DNA of 64,000 nt, taken from Ophelia neglecta (lineage: Eukaryota). Under the pieces are notes generated by a model. The model worked only from the letters and a program-made list of their open reading frames with translations, was not told the DNA's origin and searched no databases. The DNA lies in NCBI GenBank assembly GCA_965285935.1, contig OZ260663.1, positions 32,426,001-32,490,000 on the forward strand. The letters run 5' to 3'. A program made the position numbers and the translations under genes. Below, in pieces: positions 13,136-24,800 of the stretch (position 1 is its first letter; each line of letters opens with the position of its first letter).

Positions 13136-15270
13136 TTTATAATTTTTTAACAGTGCAAGCGTTTCATATAAATGATATAATCATATAATTTCAATTTGGG
13201 AAATCCTCAGAAATACCGGGAATGGCAAAAGATTGTTAATGCAGAAGGTTGGAAACTTAGTCTATAATCGACTGTATTGTGTGGTGTAAATCACGCAGAG
13301 AATAATACCGGCATTCCGCTTACAACAGATACCTTGACACAATGACCCTTAAAAGGCAAGAAAAAAGAGATTGATATATTTGTATGGGTCTTTTATTTAG
13401 GCTGAAATTTACGATGATTTACATGGTTCAAATCCTGAACAACGCCAGTGATTAAGCTCACCATTTGTTGTTGTATATCATTCTTGGATAAAACTTATTA
13501 TATGGGTCATGTGGTTGTCGACCTGTGCTTGATGGTCCCTGCATAATAAACTTGGCCGATATCATTAAATGTACCCTATTGGCGATTCTATATTCCTGTC
13601 GAGTATCCACTTAGACTTGCACATGTGAATTAAAGTTTAGTAACGGGTGCATTAGACTTGCATGTGACCTTACACAGTTATTAGAGAACATGTGTACTAG
13701 AACATACAAGTATGCCTTCGACATGTTCTATAGATTGCAATTTCCAGTTAAGAATTTCCCCAGGGCTACTAGGCAACACAGTTTCAACCATTTCTTCGCA
13801 TACCTTTACAAGCATGCCTATTGGCGCGAAAATTACCTTCAGGCCAACGACGAAAACGAAACCAAGGTAATAAATTTAATTTGTTCCGAAAATAACTCCC
13901 ACCTCCAGAGCATTTGTGAAAAAAGTGCAGCAGGTTTAATCAAAAAAAAAATTATTGGTGTTGAGAAATATTTTTCCTTATTTGGGTTAGAGTCGTGTTA
14001 ATATTGGGTTTCAGTGTTTTCGCCATATTTAGCTACAGATCGCTAGGTTGGCTCTGCTCTGTTACGGGCGTAAGCATGTCTTCCCGGGGGTTATTACACA
14101 CGTGCATGATGTGGAAATTGTCCAATGTATACTTCAGTATACTATTAACAGAAATTCGACCGAAGCATAATCTGAAATATAAATAACAAAACTAAAAACG
14201 TTGGCCACTAATAACATTTATAAACGAAACCGAAATTTAAGTATTTATAAAAAGAACCCAGCAAAAGTTGATATCTTCATCTTATATTGAAAAAGAGGTC
14301 GGGAATGTTAATGTCAATGATGCTTTTATCAGTTTATTAAAACTTGTGTTTTCTGTTTCTTAAAAATCGCATATATATTAATGTATTGAAAATATATTAT
14401 AATTTTCTAAGAAATTGAATGTTTTAGGTTTTGTTGTGTTACGAGTTTTAATAGTTTGGTATCTTTGTGATTCGTGTTTCTGTTTTTGTATAGGGTAAAA
14501 AAGGGAGAGATGTCATGACATTAATGGTTGACCGGCGTCCGAGCTTATATTTATCACTCTCATTTATGTATTATGTCGGAGTGTTTGCTAAATAATATTA
14601 ATTGAATTAATAAAAAAAAAGTCTTCATAATCCATCCCTATGTAAATTTAAGACATGGACACTTTTGTTAACGCTCTTGTTTTGGTTACTCACACATCTC
14701 GTATACATTTATGTTAAAAACATATATTTGACTGGCAAAAATTAGTTTTGCCCGCATAAAAATCAGGCAATAATCTTAATATATCCATGTTATATATAAG
14801 TACTTAAATATTACATATGTGTCATGACTGTCCATGCTCTATTTCTGACACGATCTGTTTAAATCAAGTATAGCTCGAACACTCAAAAAGGATAAGAACA
14901 AACAACAACCAAAACATACAACCAGAATCAAAGTTCTTGCCAATTTTTATGAACGTGACGCCGATTAACATTATGCACAAACAGCTAAGTCTACACAACT
15001 TTTGTGTCAGGGGACCTAGTCCCAACAACAATATCCTATATATATATACAAATAGTATTAACTGGTATGCAAAATGTCGTTTATCCAAATTGGTGGAGTT
15101 GTATAAAAGGCAAATAGCATGACCAAATTAATTATTCAGGTTTTACCACGGTGCATATATTCATCTTTAGTGATTTATGTTTACTGCGCACAAGCAAGTC
15201 TATATAATATTATGGTAGCTTATATGTTATATAGCTCTTGTTGCAAGTTCTCTAAAAAAACTTGTTTCAG

Positions 15271-15410
15271 ATTGTTACACAGACCAGTGTGTCTCGGACT
15301 TCGTTTGGTGTGGTCGGCAGGCCGACGACGAGGCGGACTTCTTGCAGTGTAAGCTCCAGCATCGCATGTGTGCCAGTGGGTGCTTCGGGTCAAACTTGAC
15401 CATGCCGTGA
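15271..15410 (+). CDS. Terminal coding exon: six-cysteine peptide (D)CYTDQCVSDFVWCGRQADDEADFLQCKLQHRMCASGCFGSNLTMP*
   Basis: Acceptor cttgtttcag|, abrupt GC-rich island in AT-rich DNA. The phase-1 frame gives six regularly spaced Cys and TGA at 15408-15410. AATAAA follows at 15689-15694. Confidence 0.75.
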
Positions 15411-15688
15411 GACCTGTTGCTGGCCAGGTGAGGCCAGATGGCCACACCTAGGACCAACGACAACCCTCCTAAGGCCACCCAGGACTAACGACCAGCGGGC
15501 AACATCTCGTAAACTGTCAGCTGACAGTGTAGCAACTCGCAGGAACAGGGAGACTCTTTAAACTTAATTTAATTGTTATTGCTTTCCTCTTTCGTTCTTG
15601 GCTGATGACTGTAGAACTGTTTCATGCAGACTTTAGCTAAAAAATGCATCTTTTATGAATGTGATGTTTATGGCTTTAAATAATGTTT

Positions 15689-15694
15689 AATAAA
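15689..15694 (+). terminator. Candidate polyadenylation signal of the peptide gene
   Basis: First AATAAA downstream of the TGA at 15410. A second one lies at 15780-15785. Confidence 0.35.
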
Positions 15695-18646
15695 AATAAT
15701 TACTCTGTAAACGACATTATCAATCTAAGGATCTTATTAAAATTTCAGCCTAATGACAGCATATGGGCACACGTATTGCAATAAATTGGTAGGCTGTTGT
15801 GTGCAAAACATAACTTATCTCTTTTACTTGTGAACATAATAGAAAGTGGCTTACATCTATGTTTATTATATTTATAAGTTAGAAATGACATAAAACAGAT
15901 AGCCTTGACGAGAAGTTATCAATAACCTAAGAGGTGATTAGGGAACTGTTATTTTCAAAAGATGAAATCAATTAATTTCAACACATTAGATTTATATTAT
16001 ATACATATATCTGAAACGCCAGTTATAAGATTACAAATACATTCAAATCGTGCTGTATTCTCTTGTGAGGATAGATTCTATATTTTTAAAATTAGATGAT
16101 TTAGGTGTATAATATATTGCATATTTCTTAACTTTTAACAGTACTTGTAATCATTGAAACCATTTGCACATACTCCTATTTAAGTGCAATGGACAAGCAT
16201 GCAATTTGGTGTTTGTGTTTTCCTCAAACTATGTTTGGGTATATTACAAGATCAAAAGATACGATACTGAAACAACCCATAAGTGAAATTTAAGATCTTA
16301 ATTAATTCTGACTTTGTGTTTTAGGAATATTTTTATTTAATGGAATTACAATTAGTAATTGTCTTATGTTACAATCTGACAGAACATTTTTGGTAGTCTG
16401 GCATGTTAACAGTGATTTAGTCTATAGTGATAAGCTGTACACTAACACACATCAAACAAGAGTTGTCTTCAAGGGAGATGCCACGCATGGCAAGATAATA
16501 CCAGTAGTTGGTGTTTGTAAAATAAAATTATAAAGAAACATTGTTATCACAACAAGTGACAAATTCAGGTGAACACATTAGATGATCCAAACTGTAATAT
16601 CAATATCATTCTTGACTTTCAATTCCATGTTTTGTTAGATGAATCGTAACCAAATCAGCAGTGTTTCTCATATTTAGTCTATTAAATGGAATTGCTTTAA
16701 AACACTTGGAAGTAAAACTTCTGTATACGTGTTGAATTGTTGTAAATGACGTTTCTTGTGACATGCTTTACTCTGTACATTATATTACATCTCATTGCAA
16801 CATGACACCATTGTTTTTGTTTTAACTTGTTTGTTCACTCATTACAATACAGAATCAGCTTTTATACAATTGTGTCCGACTCTTCTATAAAACACCCAGT
16901 CTATAACTCTACCTGCCTATATTCAATGACAATGGTTCAGTTTGCGATTAAAACATTGTTAATAAATAATTCCTCTCCAAGAACTGAAAATGAAAAAACG
17001 CCAGCATATCAACTGTCAACTCACATCGTTTCAAATGACGAAACTCAACTCGTCCAAACTTTTTGAGAATTTGAGCATGAATAACACGTTTAAAAATTGG
17101 ATCTAGTGTAATGTATGAGGACTGTATATGAAAGGGTAAATGTATGGTCATTGACTTTGATAATATGCCTAAGTATGCAAATACTTGCCAACGGGTGAAA
17201 TAATGATACAAATTGTCAGTTTTTCAATGAACACAATAACGAATGTTCCATCCCCCAATGTGGCATGAGTGCTCTGAGCTTATACAATGCTCATTATTTG
17301 CTCATCTATGTAATTGTTACTTGACACAAATGGAAAGCAGCTGTCAACTATTTCCAATCGAATTAATTCGACAGTTTAACATCGATTCATAATCACAAAT
17401 GCACTTTTGACAACTTTATGAAACTAGCATCTCCTTCTGACAATTTGTGCTTTGCAAACCAATATGAAAGTTATGTATACAAGGTAAGATCAAGAAAGAA
17501 CCTTTTGTCTGCCTACCGTCTATGTAGAATTGATTGTAAATGTTTGAGCCCTACCCACCAAACCCCTGGGATGCCGCCACCCACAAAATTGCTCACCTGA
17601 AGTTAATAACTATAAACACTCTCTATCTTCGGCTCATCACTAGTCATGCAACCTTACTCCTCCCTTCAGAAAATGTAATCACTGTCAGTAAAGTGGAGAA
17701 ATAGGCATTTGTTCTTTGGCCATTTTTTCTGTTCAATATCAAATTTTCTTATACATATAAACATTTCTAAATATAGACTAATCTCAATAAGTCTGAAAAA
17801 CAGTAACCATATAATATGATACATACTCACAGTTTTTTCCATTATTTCTATTTTCAAACAACCTTATACTTTCTTTTACTAATGCCATAAGTTTACTATC
17901 ACCCGAGTCAAAATTAGATTAAAAACTAAATTTAATGACAGAATCTTGACCCAACATTCTATCTTTTTATTATAAAGTGGACAGACTACCGCACAGTCTG
18001 AAAAATTAACTACCGACTGTATCTCCTGTTTTTTAAGACCACATGTATAATGCTTGACAAAATCATACATTTGTTTGTTTCAAAGCAAATATTTTGTCTT
18101 GAACATTTACACGTTACAAGAAATAGTACATGTTCACTTCCATTGGTTGAAATAGTGATTTTACATTATTAAAATTAAGCATTAAAGTTCAACAAATAAG
18201 CTCCTGATTTTCTCAAGCATCCTTTTTGATGGAATCCTATAAGGAAAGCTCCCAATATTTTGCAAAAAAGCCAAGTTTAAACTTTAGATATTTTATTCTT
18301 CAAAACTTCTACCGGGGGACATCTGGCGGGCCTAAAATGAATACATTTTCTCGATCTCAGAAATTTTGGATACGATGTACCAATATCTTTGTCCCTACTA
18401 GAAATGCTTGATTTCACAGATATTGCTATAAGCCGAATTTGAGTTTTCTGCCAGCATCGCTGCCCAAAATCATGGTTAGTGCTATTCCTTTCATATGCAG
18501 AGAGGTGATTTAAGAAGAAAAGACCAAACAGAGGAAAGCCATCCTGTAATAAAGGCCAGATTAACTGCATCAGTTGGAATAGACAGGTGTTAAAACCATA
18601 TCCCCTGTCTGCCCTTCGTCTTAAATAAATAAACAGTAATTCAGGT

Positions 18647-18808
18647 CTATAGATCAGATACATGTGAGCCATATAACATGGCCTCGACAGCCTTCCTTGT
18701 TCCTGGTTCCATATGAACAGTGGTCTGCTTGAAACACTGCTCAGCCACACATTGCAGTAATTTACATCTAGATATAGTTATCTCTCCATATAGGTACACC
18801 CCCATAGC
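18647..18808 (-). CDS. AOPEP: AOPEP last coding exon (AMGVYLYGE...AVEAMLYGSHVSDL*)
   Basis: ccttgcag|GCT ATG GGG; TAG at 18649-18647. Minus-strand AATAAA at 18297-18292 and 17971-17966. Confidence 0.92.
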   Translation of the reverse strand, partial: AMGVYLYGEITISRCKLLQCVAEQCFKQTTVHMEPGTRKAVEAMLYGSHVSDL

Positions 18809-21800
18809 CTGCAAGGAATATGAAATAATGTCAAGACTACCTTTACGTAATAAGAACCACATTTACAAGCTATTACTTTTTATAACTTACCGATAACAGT
18901 ATCCATTAGTGTTACTAAAAGAGGACAAATGTAAAGAGGCATATGCATTCGCCCACAAGAGAAAAGAGTATATTCCTGAACAAGACACCTTGGATATTTA
19001 CCTCGATCTGGTGGCAAAAATTTGGAATTTCAGGGCGAACCAAGCATGACAATACTAATCAACATATCATTTGGCTTGAAATGACTCCATCAAACGGTTT
19101 GGGGTATGGCAAGGAAGGTCAAATTTCGACAATAAAGCTCCCCCTGGTTTTAAGGGAACTCATGCCTGACAAAATGAATCTTGAGATTAAGGCGCTCAAT
19201 TAAATTTATTTTTGCATCTATATGACAAACAATTCAAGAGACATAAGAAAGCTCCCTCTGGTATCAGAATTTAGAACTTCATAGTCAATCATGCATAACA
19301 TTGCAAATCTCCATGATCAAACACTTCAATTGGCTTTCATTTGAAATGATTCCATCAAAGGGTTTGAGGACATGAGAGCAGACGACAAGATCACAAGATT
19401 CCAATAAATGAAAAGGGATTGTAAACATACCTAAAAATAAAAATAACCAAAACCAAACATTTTGTCTAAAACCACCTGCATGGCATAAGGAGACATGCAC
19501 CTACAATAATGGTTAACATCTGCAGAGATGCAAAGAGTGTAATCAATGAACAAAAAAGCGTTTAGAAACATAAGCCTTTGCCTGTAGAAAGGGATATTAC
19601 AATATTCTAACAGGCTTTGGACAACAAATAAAAACAAAAGAAGAAAATGCACTCATTGTTCTGTGTTCCCTGACTTGGTCGTTTATAGCCGCCTTGGTGC
19701 CCAATCCATGACCCCTCCGACTTCCCCTTCTTACGTAGGGGGCCACCAGGTTGCCAACCTCCCATCAATTGTGATGCTCTCTGTGTCCTATGTAAAGGGG
19801 GACCCAGCACTGCTTGACCCACCGATGACTGAAGGGGCACTCGCATTCCTTCAGCTTCCCAAGCCACCTAAGCATGAAGTTTTTCCTGTCCTCTGGGGGG
19901 CCTTACAAGTTCAGGTTTAGATGGTTCCTTGTCCGATGATGGCACTACTCTGTCTCTCCTTGGAATAAGATCCTTTTTAGAGTGTTCGAGATAGTCATCA
20001 AGGGACTGCAACAATGTCTGATATCTAAAGTGTTTTGAAAAATGAACTGACGGTGCCATTGTACTAACTCTGAGAGAAAAAATCTGAGAGAAGTGCTAAG
20101 AGATGGCCCTATTCCCTTCCATTAGCTCCAAAACCACATTTACATAATAACCTGACAACAATAAAAATAAAATTGATGCCATTGACACCACACTTTTGAA
20201 TTGATCAGCCAACTTGGAATCCCTGAGCAATGTGTTTGTAGCCCATCCAAGTGTTTGGTAACCTATGTTGGCTTAATCCTTGTCATTATGTATGATGTTA
20301 TACCTCTTTAGTTAAGTCCTTTCAATCGTCGTTCATTATGGACTCAAAGGTGTATTCCCTGAGCTATACACACAAGTTGTTCTTAGAGTGAATATTTTCA
20401 CCTGCTATTCTCACAGGACTCAGGGGTGTGTTCCTGACCTGTTCTGGCTGGCCTTATAAGCCAGAGTCAGCAGTGAATCCAAGGAGACGGTAGTCAGACA
20501 GGAAATTGATAGGAATAGGCTTTGGCCACAGTTGGTGCAGCTAGTATCTGTTGGGCAGGCTTTGCTCAATTTGCACCCTTCTTGCTGTTGGCCATGTCGT
20601 ATATGTTGACCTAAGACATGAAAAGGGCTTGATATGTTTCGCAAAGAGTAAAGATCATAACTGATCCCAGGGCACATATTGGTTAGTTTTTAGCCTCCCG
20701 CTGCCTGGTTCTTCTTAGCCAATGTGTGCAGGTCCAATGTAAGACTTCATGGCAGATTTTATTGTGAGGGACAAACATTGCATTTGGATTTAGAACATGC
20801 ACTTGTATCCCCTTATTTCTGTTTTGCTGTTGCATGAATGTTATATGTCAACAAAGTCTGTCATGCCAAGAAAACTCCCAGGATATATTATTTGGGGTGT
20901 AAAAATCATAAAATTTTATCCGCCACATTATTTTTCTGAATGATGAAGCATAGTATCCAAGAAATAAATGACTTTTACAGTATTTGGAATACCAAAGTTG
21001 TTTAAAAACTTGCGTACGAGTCTTAATTTTCAGATTTAACTTTTATTTGTTGATAGTTTTGACCAAATAGAACAGAGTGGTTGTAGGGAGGCCCTGAGTA
21101 GATAATACTTAAATACTCAAGAAAACCTTTTTCATGAGGAACTCCCTCTCTGTCACGTAATAATTACATTCAGGGTATAAGATAAAGCAGCATACATGTA
21201 GGCCACAGCAGGTTCCTGTCTGTCCTCCACCTGACAGACTTCTGCTCTGATGCTGACATCGCAAGCATCCATGTCCAAGTCACTCAGATATGCAATAATG
21301 TCAGGTCAAGTTAGCCTATCATTAGGCAAGTCAAATGACTCGCAGGTGGCCATTTGAGGTCTTGATCTTCTTTGTCGGCTGCATAAAAAAGGGGAGGCCA
21401 GCTATGAGAATTGTTGGATGTACCTTCTCTATAATCGCTAGCGAGACCATGAAACACTCTTACATCAGTGACATTCTTTACTGGTATTCCAGAGTTTGGC
21501 AGAACTCTTTGCTCATTATTCGTCCAAGGAATTCAAACTTGTCTTGGAGGAGGTGCCATTTGGAGCACTATAACTTGAACCTGAACCAAGATTCCAGTAT
21601 CTTTTTCAGCACCACTTTTATTCTTGTAATATGCTCTTCAAAAGAGGAGGCAACACCAACTAGATCTTCCAGGTACACAAGATATGTAGTCCACCGTTAA
21701 TCCGACAAGGTCAAGGCTACTGCAAGGTACCATGTGGCGCCTGCTTTAATCATGCCCATTGACATGGTGACATACACGAACATGCCATCTCTTGTTATGA

Positions 21801-24800
21801 ACCCAATCTTTATTTGGTAATAGGCCAAGGTTATGTCCAGTGTAAAAAATAGTGCCGACAAGGAGACTATTTCGATTGGGTGTGGAGTGGTCAACTGGAG
21901 TCTATGTTTTACACTTATGCTAGCCCCTGCATCTTTTATCAGCTGAAATCAGCACAAATTTATGTTGGATTTTCTCTGACTAGGGATTGTCTAGTATTTA
22001 ACATACCACGCGAGGACTTTCTAAATTTGAAGATGAGGTTCATGTCCAGACATTGTCATGTTATATGATGCATGCAACAGTGGATATGGTAACATGTTTT
22101 AAGAGGACAAACAATACACCCATGTCAATAGAACTAGGGCAAACAGATTAAAAAAATTCCTTACTTGATCGTTGATTAAGAAGTGTCGGACATCTTCAAA
22201 ACCTGGGGAATATTTATGTTTAATCACCAGTTCACACCATCTATGTCTTACCTGCAACAGAAAAAACAATGTCCATTTGGGCCTACGACTTGTAAAGTAG
22301 GTTCAACAGTATTAATTCAGTATTAAATTTATTTCAGTATAAATATGCTTCACTCTAGCCTAAATGTTATATGGAGGGTAGTTTCATGTTTCTGATATAC
22401 AGACTTATATAACTGTGTACAAAGATATACACGATTCATCCTTTCAATTAAGGCTAGCATCAACAATAGAAATAGAAGCACCCGGCCCAGTCCCAAAGCC
22501 CCTTTAGTAGTAGGATGAGTAGGATATTTCACACACAAAAATATAAAAACTAACACTTAAACAAGGGCCAAAAGGCCTCAACAATGGAATTAGGGGGCCA
22601 GGCAGAGGGTTTGTCTAGGTAGAGAACATAGCAGCAACTAAGTATATGCAGTAAGCTATAATTGTACCGGTGTGGTGGTCTGAGTTAAGCGGTCTGATTT
22701 TAGCGGTCGGATTTTACTGATCGGTCTGAGGTTACCAGTGACTGACCAGGGGCGTTACCAGCTTTCCACTTCAGCGTGACATGAAATGGACCAACACAGG
22801 TTTTTCTGGTAGTGGTTCGTAGATTTTGCGGTTCGAACTATAGAACAATCTTTTTGACAACTCAAGTTAAGTCAGCTAACAAAGGGGGGTTCGGACGAAC
22901 CCCCTGAACCCCCCCTATTTACGCCCTTGCTGACGAAGCGCATGCTCGATAATTTAGCGGTGCATATATCTGCATGTAGGCTACACGATATACTTTGGAA
23001 TTATAGGCCTAGGCCTACATAAAATGGATATGTTAAATGGTTTCTCAGAAATATCAGTTTCTTCTCACCAGTTAACATAGCAAACATTATTCTGAAGGGG
23101 ACCCCTGAAATTGAGAAGGGCCCCCTCTTTTTCCTCCCTGGATAATGAATTTAATGCTGCCCAAATTACCCAAGAAATATATTTGTAAATAGGCTAAGCT
23201 GGGAAGAAACCACAAAATTTATTTTAAAATGCAGCAAAAGAGTTGACGGCCTGACTCGGGTTTGAACACACGAGACCTAAAAGTATACATACCGAAGTCC
23301 TACGTCTTATGGACTACTCCACGTGGCATTACATTGCACACTATAGAATTTTAAGATCATATACATAAGTGTGTCACTAAGTGCTCTTAGTAATAACAAT
23401 AATTCTACTTTAGTCACTATGTAGTCTCCAATAGATTATTGAATATTGATTCATTTTTTTGGACAAGGATTCTATCATAGGGGTAATTCACCAGTGAAGT
23501 TTAGACCACACAGCGTCCCCCTAAAGATCAGCTTCTTCACGTAGTTTCCAACGCACATACAAATTGGGCAGAAAAACACATCACGGCAAGAAAGTAGGTC
23601 GGCCATGTGAGTGACAGATACAAATTTCGCATTACCTGATTACATGACGAAGGTTATAATACGATTAACGGAGATATAATATAAATTTTTCTGTCATGGC
23701 AGCAAATTTAATCGTTACATGCACAACGTTATGGTACATAATAGTACCATTTCACAATAGATACGCCTACCAAATGAAATATAGCGACACAAATTCTTCT
23801 AACTGCAATAGCCACCACATGGCCACAACAAAGGGCAGTCACAGTGTGAAAGACAAGGCATCATGTGACTGGGAAGTAGCGCCATTTTCCCCTAGGCCAG
23901 TCCGTCCCACGTACCCCGGGATTAGTCTTATGATCTAAAACCCAGGTGCATTTGAGCAATGAAACTAGCTTCAAGATGTTAACAGCGACAGTCTCATAAA
24001 ATACAGAATCTTGGACATATCTACTCAGTAAAGGAGGTACTGTAACTTGTCCCGTAACACATTTCGCCGTCCATGGAAGCCGCCTAAAAAACCTGCTAAT
24101 CTCCTTCAACGGTAAAAGTGTTTCTTATATAAACCTAAAATAGGTCGCAAGCTTTAATAATTTGATACCGATGTGACATAATACCCAAGTGTGGACAGAC
24201 TGAAAACACAGCAGATTATTTTTTAAGGCACACGGCATCAAGCTATACAGAAAAGTAGGAGCAGTTCGAGGCTAGTAATAGGTCATCGAAAATCGCCAAA
24301 GATCAGATTTTTGACTGCTGTAGAAGGTCTTCGGGGAAAGCCCCGAATTCCAAAAACAAAAGGATACCCTGTTTAAATCATTGTGCTCAGTGAATATGAA
24401 TTAAATCAAAAATGTTTCAAAACAATCTAACAGTGAACAAGTTTTTTGTGCACCAAAACCACAAAATTAATTTTAAGGCCCATAAATTGATAAGTTTCTA
24501 CAGTTTAAAAAACAAACTGCAACTCTTACATATACCCCAGACCAGCTGAATAATTGTCACAGTATCACTCTTGTAAGTACAGTGAAACCTGACAATTAGG
24601 GACAGCCAAGCGACTGGGAAATCTCTCCTCTTTTCTCAGTTGTCCTTATTTCACAGGTTATTTTACATGTAAAATATTACAACTGTACTAAAAACAATGT
24701 CCTTAATAGTTAGTGTGTCTCTATATGTCCCTAAATGTTAAGTGTCCTTTTTACTGTAATTACCATGGGAACAATGCAGTGATTTTAGAGCAGTGGAAGG

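Noticed and set aside
18277-18750. 157-aa minus-strand ORF
   Set aside because: Alternative frame overlapping the AOPEP last exon and 3' UTR; no recognisable motifs.
18809-22164. miR-23/27/24 cluster, which vertebrate AOPEP hosts in a 3' intron
   Set aside because: No matching mature sequences or hairpins seen; the intron is largely a Gypsy relic.
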